The notes under the pieces: generated by a model | Told to the model about the DNA's origin: nothing | Database searches by the model: none | What the model saw: only the letters and a program-made list of their open reading frames with translations | Translations under genes and position numbers: made by a program | Shown: positions 40,650 to 50,862 of the stretch, piece by piece | Numbering within the stretch: position 1 is the stretch's first letter | Layout of the letters: each line of letters starts with the position of its first letter | NCBI GenBank assembly: GCA_019634195.1 | Contig: JAHQVV010000202.1 | Coordinates: forward strand, 1-59,057 | From: Phycisphaeraceae bacterium | GTDB lineage: Bacteria > Planctomycetota > Phycisphaerae > Phycisphaerales > Phycisphaeraceae | DNA: 59,057 bases | Direction: 5' to 3'

Positions 40650-41519
40650 TTAGGCGCGTCGACGGCGGGCGATCAGCAGGCTACCCAGGCCGAGCAGAGC
40701 GAGCGAGCCGGGCTCGGGGACCGTGCCGGTCAGGACGGCGGCAACGCCGCGGCCGTTACCGGTGGAAAGGTTGCCATCGCCATCCGAGTCCCAGGTGACG
40801 ACGATCTCGTCGTAGACACCGTCCGTCACGAAATCAAGCTCTGCGAGGTAATACTCTGTACGGTTGGCAGAGTCGTCGTTAAGGTGAGCATCTGCAATAA
40901 CGATGTCTGCTGCGCCACCATCGGTGTCACGCATGACCGCGCTGATCGTGGGCTTCGCGCCGAAAGCACCGTAATAGAAGTGAACAGAGCCGGTCGCTAG
41001 CCCGGTGATATCGAAGGTGCCGGTAGCACCACCCAGGGAGCGCCAACCCCCAGTACCGCCGACATCGTCGACCGCGGCAAAGGGGTCAGCTATCGTGGTC
41101 TGAATATCAGCTCCGGGATCGGTCGTTGTCCAGACCTTCGCCTGCTGCTGGCCAAAGCCATCAAACGAGGCGTCGGTGGTGTCGAACACGATACGGCCTG
41201 CATCTCCGCCTGACTGGGCGACAGCTGTGATATCGTTGTTTACCCCGCCAGCGAATTTGTAGCCGACGACATCTTCGGTGAAGTTCCGCACAAAGGTCGG
41301 TGCGGGGTTGTTGGTGCCCACGATGGTGGCGGCATAGGACCCGGTGCCCGGGTTGTTGGGGTTCACCGAGACGTGGTAGTAACGCGCTTCGTCAGCGTAG
41401 TCGGGGTGCTGTTCCGAGGCGATGGTGGCCTGGAAATCAGTGACGAAGCTGGCTGCCTGTGCAGAGCCAGCGCCGATAGCGGTGGTGGCCACAGCGGCCA
41501 ATAGGATATGTGTCTTCAT
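40650..41519 (-). CDS. PEP-CTERM sorting domain surface protein
   Basis: Signal peptide; C-terminus VPEPGSLALLGLGSLLIARRRRA. Confidence 0.93.
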   Translation of the reverse strand: MKTHILLAAVATTAIGAGSAQAASFVTDFQATIASEQHPDYADEARYYHVSVNPNNPGTGSYAATIVGTNNPAPTFVRNFTEDVVGYKFAGGVNNDITAVAQSGGDAGRIVFDTTDASFDGFGQQQAKVWTTTDPGADIQTTIADPFAAVDDVGGTGGWRSLGGATGTFDITGLATGSVHFYYGAFGAKPTISAVMRDTDGGAADIVIADAHLNDDSANRTEYYLAELDFVTDGVYDEIVVTWDSDGDGNLSTGNGRGVAAVLTGTVPEPGSLALLGLGSLLIARRRRA

Positions 41520-41845
41520 TGCTGAAGTCTCCTTTCAAGTGGTTTGAGCGACAGAGAGAGATGAGCCGCCCGTGAGTTCTTTCCTCGGAGGCACATGAAG
41601 TGTGCCGCGAGGATTAGTCCGATACCACCAGTCTACAAGCCGACACCATTGGCACAATACCGCGATTTAATTTTATATTAAAATAACCATTTATAGCTAC
41701 AGTTTGTCGGGCAAAGAGCCATCGCCGTGCAGGCGCAATCAAGGCAACCGTCTGTCGTGTGAGCAGGTGTGGTTACAAGACATCGGTTTCGTTCCTTAGC
41801 GGTGAATGTTTTGGCGAAGCGGACGGTCGTGGTTTACTTTCAGAT

Positions 41846-41877
41846 GGTGGCACGGGCGTCCCGCCTGCTGAGCCACC
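41846..41877. repeat. Short REP-like hairpin
   Basis: GGTGGC-ACGGGCG-TCC-CGCCTG-CTGA-GCCACC. Confidence 0.45.
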
Positions 41878-41943
41878 GATCATAATGAACCACCATGAAG
41901 GGACCATCCGTAGTCCACCCACAAGCCAAGGGCAACGATCGCT

Positions 41944-43494
41944 TTACGCCGCCAGGTCCTTGGCCGGCTGTTCAGAGTCGCCCTGGTGTCTTGCGACCAT
42001 CGCGTCGTACGCGCTGAAGTCGAGATTAATGAACGGGTCGGTTAGCGACGGGTCGAACTGCGAGCCGGCGCAGTTGGCGATCTCTTTGAGCACCTTCTCG
42101 CGGGGCATGGCCTGTCGGTAGGATCGGGTGGAACTCATGGCGTCGAAGGTGTCGGCGACGGCGAGGATCCGGCCGTAGAGCGGGATCGCTTCGCCGGCCA
42201 GCCGTGTCGGGTAGCCGCGGCCGTCCCAGCGTTCGTGGTGGTAGAGCACGCCGTCGAGCACGTCATCGATGTTGGGGATGCCCTTAAGGATGTTGTAGCC
42301 GATGCGTGGGTGCTTCTTGATCTGGTCGAACTCATCATCGGTCAGCCGGCCGGCCTTGCAGAGCACCGCCTCGGGCACGCCGATCTTGCCCACGTCGTGG
42401 ACGAGCCCGCTGATACGGATGCGTTCGACCTCCTCGGCATCGAGCCCGACGGCCTCGGCGAGTTGGGTGCCCAGCCAGGCGACGCGTTCGGAGTGACCGT
42501 GGGTGTACCGGTCTTTGGCATCCAATGCCGTGGAGACCGCCTCTAGGGATCCAATAAACATGTTCTTTTGCTCGGTAAAACGTGCTGCGTTCTCGTGTAG
42601 CGCCCCGAGGAAGCCTGCGATGGCGTCGAGGAGTTGGGTGTCGCCGCTGGTTGCTTCGCTGTCTGGGCCGGTTTTGCCGCCGGCGATAACCGCGCCGATG
42701 ACGTGTTCGTCGTGCAGGATCGGCTCGACGATCACTTCGCACCGCATAAGGTCGGCCAGCTCGTCCTGACCAACTTGTAGCAGCTTGCGCCAGTGCTTGT
42801 CGTGCTGCTCGGTAATGAGTTGGTGGGTCGCCTTATTGAACAGGACGTCGTCGCAGGGCATCTCACCGCTGGTTACGCAGGTATCGCTGAGCCCGGAAGC
42901 GTCCATGTCGTTGGCGATGAAGCGGACAGCCGACCAACCGAAGCCCTGCGTCAAGCGGATCTGCTCGCAGATGTCCTGGGCCAGGCGCACCGGCTCGGCG
43001 ATCGATCGCATCGATCGGCCGATACTGTAAAGCAGGGTGATGTTTTCGTAGGACTTGCCCAGCTGCTCGGCGAGGTCCTCGACCGCGAAGAGGCTGTTGT
43101 CCGACTTCCGGAGATCGTTGAGGTTCCAGGCCAGCGCCTTGATGACCGGAGCAAGTTGTTCGGCGGTCTGTGGCGCGCCCCGCTCGTTTGGTACCGGCGT
43201 CATGATGAAGCCGAGCGTCGGGCCCTGCTCATCGGCGACCCACGCCGCGGGCTGCCCCGGCGCGAGCTCGATCGGGCGGCCCGCCTTCACCAGCTCGTCG
43301 ATCTTTATGCGGATGGCTTGGGCTAGTTGATCGGCGTGCGGCGCGAGGTGCTCGCGGGTTTGGGTGTCGTCGGTTTCTTGCAGCAGTAGTGACCGGCCGT
43401 CATACGACCACACGGCCAGCACCAGCTCGGCGCAGCGATTGACGAACGTTTGGGTCGCCTGATCGATCAGAGGTTTGTGGAGGCTGCCTTGCAT
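41944..43494 (-). CDS. GAF-like + HD-GYP cyclic-di-GMP phosphodiesterase
   Basis: DAKDRYTHGHSERV, HDVGKIG, HHERWDGRGYP and VADTFDAM motifs. Confidence 0.93.
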   Translation of the reverse strand: MQGSLHKPLIDQATQTFVNRCAELVLAVWSYDGRSLLLQETDDTQTREHLAPHADQLAQAIRIKIDELVKAGRPIELAPGQPAAWVADEQGPTLGFIMTPVPNERGAPQTAEQLAPVIKALAWNLNDLRKSDNSLFAVEDLAEQLGKSYENITLLYSIGRSMRSIAEPVRLAQDICEQIRLTQGFGWSAVRFIANDMDASGLSDTCVTSGEMPCDDVLFNKATHQLITEQHDKHWRKLLQVGQDELADLMRCEVIVEPILHDEHVIGAVIAGGKTGPDSEATSGDTQLLDAIAGFLGALHENAARFTEQKNMFIGSLEAVSTALDAKDRYTHGHSERVAWLGTQLAEAVGLDAEEVERIRISGLVHDVGKIGVPEAVLCKAGRLTDDEFDQIKKHPRIGYNILKGIPNIDDVLDGVLYHHERWDGRGYPTRLAGEAIPLYGRILAVADTFDAMSSTRSYRQAMPREKVLKEIANCAGSQFDPSLTDPFINLDFSAYDAMVARHQGDSEQPAKDLAA

Positions 43495-43516
43495 GTCAAT
43501 TCATTTGATTGAGTGA

Positions 43517-43921
43517 TCAGGCCGCTTTGTTCTGCTCAAGCATCCCCTTGACGCGGTTGATGAGGTCGGTTGGGCCGAAGGGCTTGTCGATGACCATGCG
43601 GATCGAGGTGGTGGCAAGATCGTCGTCCGAGAGCTTGTGGCCCCGGGCGGTGAGGAGGATGACCGGGATCGATGCGGTGTCGTGGTCTGCGGCCAGCGCC
43701 TGGCTCATCTCAAAGCCCGATAGAACCGGCATCTGGTAGTCGGTCACGATCAGCTCCGGGTGGTGTTCCCGCGCAAGGTCCAGGCAGTCCTGCCCATTTG
43801 ACGCGACGAGCACGGTATAGCCGGCCATCTTGAGCTTGGTCCCCACCAGGTGCCGGATATGCGGTTCGTCGTCAGCGATCAGAACGGTGTCGGCTCCAGA
43901 TGTTGGGTTCGGGTTATCCAT
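43517..43921 (-). CDS. Single-domain response regulator (REC)
   Basis: IADDE, TDYQMP, LTARG and KPF: all phosphorylation residues intact. Confidence 0.93.
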   Translation of the reverse strand: MDNPNPTSGADTVLIADDEPHIRHLVGTKLKMAGYTVLVASNGQDCLDLAREHHPELIVTDYQMPVLSGFEMSQALAADHDTASIPVILLTARGHKLSDDDLATTSIRMVIDKPFGPTDLINRVKGMLEQNKAA

Positions 43922-43929
43922 CCCATGCA

Positions 43930-43957
43930 GTATCGGCCCGTGCGAGGGGCCGATTTA
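43930..43957 (-). promoter_or_regulatory. Sigma28-like promoter for REC/HD-GYP
   Basis: Minus strand TAAA-N16-GCCGATAC, 8 nt before the ATG. Confidence 0.55.
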
Positions 43958-43973
43958 GGTCGGTTCGGTAGGT

Positions 43974-44000
43974 TCAGCAGGTGCATTGCCTAGTCGATAC
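43974..44000 (+). promoter_or_regulatory. Sigma28-like promoter for the kinase-pilus operon
   Basis: TCAG-N15-GTCGATAC. Confidence 0.45.
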
Positions 44001-44032
44001 AGACAGAGCAAGGCTTTCAGGCCGGGAGGCAG

Positions 44033-45863
44033 ATGGGCAATAAAACCGTGAAATCCAGGATCCCGAGAAAGCGATTGGGCTCGATGGGCCAGGCATTGAC
44101 GTGGCCTTACCTGGCCGCGATCGCGGTAGTCTGTCTACTTACCTATGGCGCGGGCTTGTGGTGGGTTGCCCAGTCCTCAGCAAACCAGCAGCGCGAGCAG
44201 GCGATCGTTCGGCTCGAGATGCTGGCCGACCACCTCTCGTCGAGCCTGGAACCGCTGCTCGCATCTGGCGAGCTCTCCGCGGTCCGCCGATTGGTCAGCG
44301 AAGCGGGTTATCAGCAGCAGCTGGACGCGTGCCGGGTGCTGCTGGGTGACGGGCAGACGCTTGTCGATGCGAACCTTGAAAAGCCCCAGCTCACGGTGAT
44401 GCCGGCGACTTGGCCCAGCGAAGAGGCCGCCGCCTCGGGCACGCGTGTGATTAGCGACTCGGTACAGGTCGAGCGTGAGGTGCCGGTTGCCGGCAAGGGC
44501 CAGGCGCTGTTGACGTTGTCCAGTACGCTCGCGCCGCCGACATCGCTGATCAAGCCGGTGCTGCCCGGCGCGGTGTTGATCGGGTTGCTGGGTTTGGCGT
44601 TTGGTGCGCTGGTGCTGCGGAAGATGCAGGGCCGGCTCGCTGTGCTAACGCTGATCCGCGGCGCGTTGCGTGACGCGGGCAGCGGCATGCCGAACCTCGT
44701 GGCGCTGAAGGTCAACCCGGCGTGGGGCGCCGAGGCACAGGGCTGGAACCGGCTGGTGGGGCTCACCGAAACGCGGCAGCGGGAAGAAATCGAACAAACA
44801 CTCAACGCGCTGAACGCGCGCAGCGGCGGCGGCACCCTCGAAGAAGCCTGCGAGGGCCTCGGCCAAGGCGTGCTCCTCGCCGACGCACGCGGCAAGGTGG
44901 TTTACTTCAACGGTACGGCCTCGGCAACGCTGGGCCTGGACAGAGACGACACGCTCGACAAGCCCAGCGTCGCCGCTGTTGGCCAACCAGGAGCAGGCCG
45001 ATCTTTTCGAGCAGATGCTCGCGGGGAAAGGCCCGGGGCGTGTCCGCGACGAGGTCCAACTCGGGGAAGGGCTTGAGCAGAGCACGCTGCGGATGACGAT
45101 GCGGCGCCTGACGGACAGCGGCGGGGTGATGCTTACCATCGAAGACGTCACGCAGCAGCGCACCGCCGAGGCCTCGCGCCATGACTTTGTCAGCCAGGCG
45201 ACGCACGAGCTGCGCACGCCGCTGACCAATATCCGTTTGTACGTCGAGACGGCGCAGACCGACGGCGAGGAAGACAAGGAACTGCGCGGCGAGTGCCTCA
45301 ACGTCATCAGCCGGGAGTCGCAGCGCCTCGAGCGCCTGGTCAGCGAGATGCTCTCGGTCTCCGAGATCGAGGCCGGCTCGATGACCATCCGCAAGGACGA
45401 TGTCCGCCTCGACCAGCTCTTCAAGTCGCTCGAGCAGGACTACAAGCAGAACGCATCGAAGAAGAACATCGACCTGCGGTTCGACCTGCCGCCCAAGCTG
45501 CCCGCCATCCAAGGCGACCGCGACAAGCTCGCCATCGTCGTCCAGAACCTGCTGGGCAACGCGATCAAGTACACCCCGGAGGGCGGCAATGTCAACGTCG
45601 GCGTCGATCTGTCCGCCACCGAGCTGAACATCGAGGTCCGCGACTCGGGCATCGGTATCAGCGAAGAAGACCAGGCACACGTCTTCGAGAAGTTTTATCG
45701 TGCCAACGACCCAAGGCTCGGTGATATCACGGGGTCCGGCCTTGGCCTGGCACTGGCTTACGAGATCATCCGCCTGCACGGCGGGGAGATGACCGTCGAG
45801 TCCGAACTGAACGAGGGCAGCATGTTCCGCGTGACACTGCCGATCAGTGCGGAGGGGGTGTGA
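44033..45863 (+). pseudogene. Membrane PAS sensor histidine kinase split by a +1 frameshift near 44963 (genuine or sequencing error)
   Basis: ORF 44033 has 2 TM helices and the start of a PAS domain; ORF 44979 has the PAS end (IEDVT), HELRTPL, NLLGNAIKY, DSGIG and GSGLGL. Removing one base near CCC 44963-65 joins them. Confidence 0.8.
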
Positions 45864-45864
45864 G

Positions 45865-46203
45865 ATGGCGGGTGTCACCGAACAACGCCACGGCGCGGTC
45901 GCGGTCCTTAAGCCAGACGGCCCGTGCATCCAGGAGCAGGCCGAATCGCTAAGCGAGGCCGCGCTGCCCAAGGTACGCCCGCTGATGGGGCGCATGGTGA
46001 TCGACCTCTCCGCTTCGGCGTATGTCGATTCGTTTGGGCTCGAGACGCTGCTGGACCTGGCCGACGCGATGGACAACTGTGGGCAGACCCTCCGCCTGGC
46101 CGGCGTCTCCGCGACGGTGCGCGAGGTGCTGGACCTGACCGGGCTGACCAACCGCTTTGAGTACCACGAAGACACGAACCTTGCCGTGAGGAGCTTCCTG
46201 TGA
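45865..46203 (+). CDS. STAS domain protein (anti-sigma-factor antagonist-like)
   Basis: VIDLS..YVDSFGL..L, LRLAG and VREVLDLTGL motifs. Confidence 0.88.
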   Translation: MAGVTEQRHGAVAVLKPDGPCIQEQAESLSEAALPKVRPLMGRMVIDLSASAYVDSFGLETLLDLADAMDNCGQTLRLAGVSATVREVLDLTGLTNRFEYHEDTNLAVRSFL

Positions 46204-47978
46204 AGCTGCGTGCGCCGCAGAAAAAACTCGGCGAGCTGCTGATCGAGGCGGGCCTGCTCTCCGAAGAGCAGCTCACGCAGGCGCTGTCGCTGCAGAAACG
46301 CTCGGGCAAGATGCTCGGCAGCGTGCTCATCAGCGAGGGCATGGTCACGGGGTCAGTACTCGTTAGTGTGTTGGCCGATCAACTCGGCCTGCGCGGTGTC
46401 GTCCTCCGGCACGGCCTGATCGACACGTCCCTGCTCCAGGAGATCGGTCAGGAAGAAGCGACGCGGCTGCAGGCGGTTCCCATGTTCCGCGTGCGCGACA
46501 CGATGACCGTTGCGATGGCCGAGCCGCAGTCGCTGCCCGCGATCGACCGGCTGCGCCAGCTCACCAGCTGCAAGATCAAGCCCGTCCTCGCGCTGCCACA
46601 GAACATCGAGCAGTTCATCGACCAGAACGCCGGGCAAGACCTGGACGTCGATGGCTTCCTCGCTTCGCTTCATCACTCCGAGGATGTCGAGGTCATCGCG
46701 ACGGAGGAAGAAGAGCAAGACGAAGTCGCCGCGAACCTGGACCGGCTGGTCGACGGCAGCCCGATCGTCAACCTCGTCAACGTCGCGATGCTGCAGGCCG
46801 TCAAGGACGGCGCATCGGACATCCACATCGAGCCGGACCGCAAGGGCACCCGTATCCGCTACCGGATCGACGGTGTGATGCGTGAGCTCATGCAGCCCCC
46901 GGCGGGCATGCACTCGGCGATCGTGTCGCGCGTCAAGGTCGTCGGCAAGATGGACATCGCCGAGCGGCGCCTGCCGCAAGAAGGCCGGGTCCGTATCGTT
47001 GCGGAGGGTCGCGATGTCGACCTGCGTGTGTCGTCGATCCCGACGCTGCTGGGCGAGAAACTCGTCATCCGCCTGCTCGACAAGTCAAACCTCAACGTCC
47101 GCATGGAACAGCTTGGTTTCCGTGAGGACCCCTTGGACACGTTTAAGCGTATGCTCCGCCAGCCCTATGGCCTGGTACTCGTCACCGGCCCGACCGGCAG
47201 CGGTAAAACGACCACGCTCTACTCGGCGCTTGACCTGCTCCGCAGCCCGGAGACCAACCTGGTTACGGTTGAAGACCCGGTCGAGTACCAGATGGACCTG
47301 ATCAACCAGATCCATGTCAACGACGCGGTCGGCCTGACCTTCCCCCGCGCGCTGCGCAGCATCCTGCGCCAGGACCCGGACATCATCATGATCGGTGAGA
47401 TCCGCGATGAAGAGACCGCACGCGTCGCGGTCCAGGCCGCGCTCACCGGTCACCTCGTTCTCGCTACGCTGCACACCAACGACGCGCCCGGCGCGGTCTC
47501 GCGATTGTTGGACATGAGCATCGAGCCGTACCTGCTGTCCGGTGCGCTGGTCGGCGTCGTTGCGCAGCGGTTGGCAAGGAAAGTCTGCGTGGCCTGCGCC
47601 GCGAAGTACCACCCCGAGCCGGAGCTGCTCGCGGAGGCGGGCCTGATTGAGAAGACCGGGCGGGCGTTCCGTCACGGCACCGGCTGTCGCGAGTGCCACG
47701 ACACCGGCTTCAAGGGCCGGCTGGGTGTCTATGAAGTCATGGAAGTCACGCCCAAGATTCGCCGCCTGATCCACCGCGGCGCGGCCTCGCACCAGCTGCG
47801 CGAGATGGCGCGGAGCGAAGGCGTCCGCACGCTCAGCGAAGAGGGCGGCGAGCTGGCGCTGTCCGGGGCGACCTCGTTGGAAGAGATCCTGCGCGTGACA
47901 CGCAACGAGGGCGACATCACCGACGATCCCGAGCTGGACACGCCGCCCGACGCCCCCGGCAGCAAGGAGGCGGCATGA
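46200..47978 (+). CDS. pilB: PilB/GspE family assembly ATPase with MshEN-like N-terminus
   Basis: ASDIHIEP, GPTGSGKTT, EDPVE, LRQDPD, GHLVLATLH and CxxC...CxxC; N-terminal KLGELLIEAGLLSEEQLTQALSLQ. Confidence 0.9.
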   Translation: MKLRAPQKKLGELLIEAGLLSEEQLTQALSLQKRSGKMLGSVLISEGMVTGSVLVSVLADQLGLRGVVLRHGLIDTSLLQEIGQEEATRLQAVPMFRVRDTMTVAMAEPQSLPAIDRLRQLTSCKIKPVLALPQNIEQFIDQNAGQDLDVDGFLASLHHSEDVEVIATEEEEQDEVAANLDRLVDGSPIVNLVNVAMLQAVKDGASDIHIEPDRKGTRIRYRIDGVMRELMQPPAGMHSAIVSRVKVVGKMDIAERRLPQEGRVRIVAEGRDVDLRVSSIPTLLGEKLVIRLLDKSNLNVRMEQLGFREDPLDTFKRMLRQPYGLVLVTGPTGSGKTTTLYSALDLLRSPETNLVTVEDPVEYQMDLINQIHVNDAVGLTFPRALRSILRQDPDIIMIGEIRDEETARVAVQAALTGHLVLATLHTNDAPGAVSRLLDMSIEPYLLSGALVGVVAQRLARKVCVACAAKYHPEPELLAEAGLIEKTGRAFRHGTGCRECHDTGFKGRLGVYEVMEVTPKIRRLIHRGAASHQLREMARSEGVRTLSEEGGELALSGATSLEEILRVTRNEGDITDDPELDTPPDAPGSKEAA

Positions 47979-49207
47979 AACTCGCATACAACGCCGTGAG
48001 CGCGACGGGCACCCCGGTCAGCGACATCATCGATGCAACAAGCATGGATGAAGCGATGGACGTGCTCCGCGGTAAGGGCCTGTTTGTCACCCAGATCGAG
48101 CCCGAGTCCGACGCCCGGGCCCGCAAGAAAGTCAAGGCCTCCGGCGGGATCTCATTTAAGAGCAAGACGAAGCAGCTCAAGGATGTCGCCATGTTCTCGC
48201 GCCAGCTCAATGTGCTCGTCGCGACGGGCACGCCGCTGGCCGACGGCCTCGCCGCACTCGAGCGGCAGGTCAAAGACGCGGACTTTAAAGCCCAGCTCGC
48301 TGTCATCCGTGAGCAGGTCGAGCAGGGCCTGACGCTCTACGATGCGTTGGGTAAGGCGCCACGCTACTTTGATGAGGTCTACCGCAACATCATCAAGGCC
48401 GGCGAAGAGTCCGGCTCGCTGCCGGTCATGCTCGACCGTCTGGCGTTGCTGACACGCAAGCAGGTCCAGGTCCGCTCTCAGATCGGCGGCGCAATGATCT
48501 ACCCCTGCCTGCTGATCTTTATCAGCATCGTGGTGTTGGCGATCATGCTCACGGTCGTGATGCCCCGTTTCACCGGCATGTTTGAGTCCCTGGATGTCCC
48601 GCTCCCCGCGACGACCGTCGCGCTGATGGCGATGTCCGACTTGCTTCGCACCTTCTGGTGGGCGGTGCTGCTTTGCGGTATCGGCGGGATCATCGGGCTC
48701 AAATTCGCCCTGGCTACTCCTGCGGGCAAGCGGTTTATGGACGGGCTGATGCTGTCCGTGCCCGTGCTCCGCGAGGTCACCCGCTCCTACGCCACCGCAC
48801 GCATCGCCCGGCTGATGGGCGTGCTCATCGAGTGCAACGTCCCGCTGCTGGACACGATCCAGCTGGTGCGCAACGCGACGGGGAACTCCAAGTACGAAAC
48901 GATGATGATCCAGGCCGAAGAGATCGTCATCACCGGCGAGCCGGTCAGCGGCGCGTTCTCGGATGAGAAGATGATCGAGCCTGCGTTCTACGAAGCGGTC
49001 CGCAACGGCGAGCAGTCCGGACGCCTGAGCATGCTCATGATCACCGTCGCCGACTTTATGGACGAAGAAAACGACACCCGGCTCAGAGCACTGACAAGCC
49101 TGTTCGAACCGCTGATCCTCGTGTTCCTCGGCCTGATGGTCGGCGGTATCGCGATCAGCATGTTCATGCCCATGTTCGACCTCACCTCGATGGCGGGGGG
49201 TGGCTGA
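47975..49207 (+). CDS. pilC: PilC/GspF inner membrane platform protein
   Basis: FSRQL, AGEESGSL, MIYP, GEQSG, LFEP and MFMPMFDL motifs. Confidence 0.9.
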   Translation: MKLAYNAVSATGTPVSDIIDATSMDEAMDVLRGKGLFVTQIEPESDARARKKVKASGGISFKSKTKQLKDVAMFSRQLNVLVATGTPLADGLAALERQVKDADFKAQLAVIREQVEQGLTLYDALGKAPRYFDEVYRNIIKAGEESGSLPVMLDRLALLTRKQVQVRSQIGGAMIYPCLLIFISIVVLAIMLTVVMPRFTGMFESLDVPLPATTVALMAMSDLLRTFWWAVLLCGIGGIIGLKFALATPAGKRFMDGLMLSVPVLREVTRSYATARIARLMGVLIECNVPLLDTIQLVRNATGNSKYETMMIQAEEIVITGEPVSGAFSDEKMIEPAFYEAVRNGEQSGRLSMLMITVADFMDEENDTRLRALTSLFEPLILVFLGLMVGGIAISMFMPMFDLTSMAGGG

Positions 49208-50250
49208 TGCAGGGGTTTGGACACAGCGCAGGCGTGATCGGCCTGGACATTGGCCGGGTCTCGGTCAAGGCGGTGCAGGTCACCCTCAGCGAGAAGGGCC
49301 CGAGGCTGGACGGCGCGGTTCGCCTGGACCGCAGCGGGCCGGGGCTTGCGCTTGAGATCGATGAGGCCCAGCAGCTGCTGCGAACGATGCAGCGGCGGGG
49401 CATGACCGCCTCGCGCGCGGTGCTTGTCGCGCCGGCCGATGCGCTGGTGGGCGGGAGCCTGAACGTGCCACCGGCCGATTCGGGCGTGTCGCGCGACAAG
49501 ATCGTCGAGATGGAGCTTAGCCGGACGCACAAGATGGTGCCCGGGAGCTTCGAGATGGCCTGGTGGGATCTGCCGATGCCGGCCAGCGGCTCGCGCATCG
49601 GCCAGGTCCACGCGCTGGGCCTGCCGCACGCCGCGGTCCAGCCCTCGCTCGAGGTGATGGCCGAGGCCGGCCTGGGCGTGATCCGTACGGTGCCGGGTTC
49701 GTTGGCGCTGCTCGCCGCGGCGCAGCGGCACCCGATCGACCCACGCTGTATCTCGGCGGTGGTCGACCTCGGCTCGACCTGTGGGCACCTCTCGCTCATG
49801 ATGGCTGGCCGCGTGGTCCATGAGCGGTCGCTGCCGGACTTTAACACCAGCCAGCTCTGCGAGGCCACCTGCGAAACGCTTGGCGTCGAGCACGCCGTGG
49901 CCCGTTACGCGCTTAGCCGGTTTGGGATCGGCGACAGCGCCGAGGGCGCCGTTGTGAGCCAGACCGCGGCCCTGCTCACTGATGCGATCAAGCCCTTGAC
50001 CGAAGAGATCAGCATGTCGTTCGCTTACGTCAGCCACCTATACCCGGAAGCAGAACTCGGGCACCTCTTGCTCGCGGGCGGCGGCGCGAACCTGTCTGGT
50101 CTGGCCGAGGCGTTAGCCGAGGTCCTCGAGCTGCGAACCACGGCGATCAAGCCCGCCTGGTTACTGCCCGGCGATTGCTTGGGTGACGAGCGCGATGACT
50201 CGGCGCTTAGCGCGGCGCTCGGGGCGGCGCTGTGTGGGGAGGTGCTTTGA
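49207..50250 (+). CDS. pilM: PilM-like actin-fold alignment protein
   Basis: IGLDIG..SVKAV, VVDLG, LAGGGA and A.GAAL motifs; position after pilC. Confidence 0.78.
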   Translation: MQGFGHSAGVIGLDIGRVSVKAVQVTLSEKGPRLDGAVRLDRSGPGLALEIDEAQQLLRTMQRRGMTASRAVLVAPADALVGGSLNVPPADSGVSRDKIVEMELSRTHKMVPGSFEMAWWDLPMPASGSRIGQVHALGLPHAAVQPSLEVMAEAGLGVIRTVPGSLALLAAAQRHPIDPRCISAVVDLGSTCGHLSLMMAGRVVHERSLPDFNTSQLCEATCETLGVEHAVARYALSRFGIGDSAEGAVVSQTAALLTDAIKPLTEEISMSFAYVSHLYPEAELGHLLLAGGGANLSGLAEALAEVLELRTTAIKPAWLLPGDCLGDERDDSALSAALGAALCGEVL

Positions 50251-50849
50251 TGACCATGCCCGACCTGACCCCTGCCAAGTTCACCAAACGGGTGCAGACG
50301 CAGGCGGCCGTCCGCCGCTGGCTTTTCCCGGTCGTGCTGTGCACGGTGCTCGGGGTGGCCCCGATCGTGCTTGAACACACCCAGCCCGCCGACACCCACG
50401 GCCAACTCGCCGAGGAACGTGTCCAGCAAGCAAACGCGCGCACGGAGAAAACGAAGTCCCAGATCACCTCCGAGCAAGCGACCCTCGGCCAGCGTCAGCG
50501 CGAGCTGCAGGCCGAGCAGCACCTCACCGAGCGGCCGGACTGGAGTGGCGTGCTGAGTCTGGTGGCCCGCCAGTTCGGGGGGGAACTGATGATGACCGGC
50601 TGCCAACTCGCTGCTGCCAATGACAGCCGGGTACGCACAAGCCTGGGAACGCTGCGCGGCGATGTGCCCGACGACTCGGTCTGGCTGATCCTTAGTGGGG
50701 TGGCGGGCTCCAACAGCGACGTGCCGGGCCTGATCATGCGGCTCGAAGGGCTGGACTTGTTTGACCGCGTGGTCATGACCGCTTCGCAGCGCGAGACCAT
50801 CGCCGGTGGTTCACGCACAACCTTTACCCTCGCATGCAGGGTGCAGTAA
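50250..50849 (+). CDS. PilN-like protein
   Basis: TM helix, coiled coil, WS.VL, L.LSG.A, LFDRV and F.L.C pattern; gene order. Confidence 0.68.
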   Translation: MTMPDLTPAKFTKRVQTQAAVRRWLFPVVLCTVLGVAPIVLEHTQPADTHGQLAEERVQQANARTEKTKSQITSEQATLGQRQRELQAEQHLTERPDWSGVLSLVARQFGGELMMTGCQLAAANDSRVRTSLGTLRGDVPDDSVWLILSGVAGSNSDVPGLIMRLEGLDLFDRVVMTASQRETIAGGSRTTFTLACRVQ

Positions 50850-50862
50850 GGGCAACAGGCGT

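Noticed and set aside
44979-45076. Two independent overlapping genes at the kinase locus
   Set aside because: The break falls inside a PAS domain, so a single frameshifted gene is more parsimonious.
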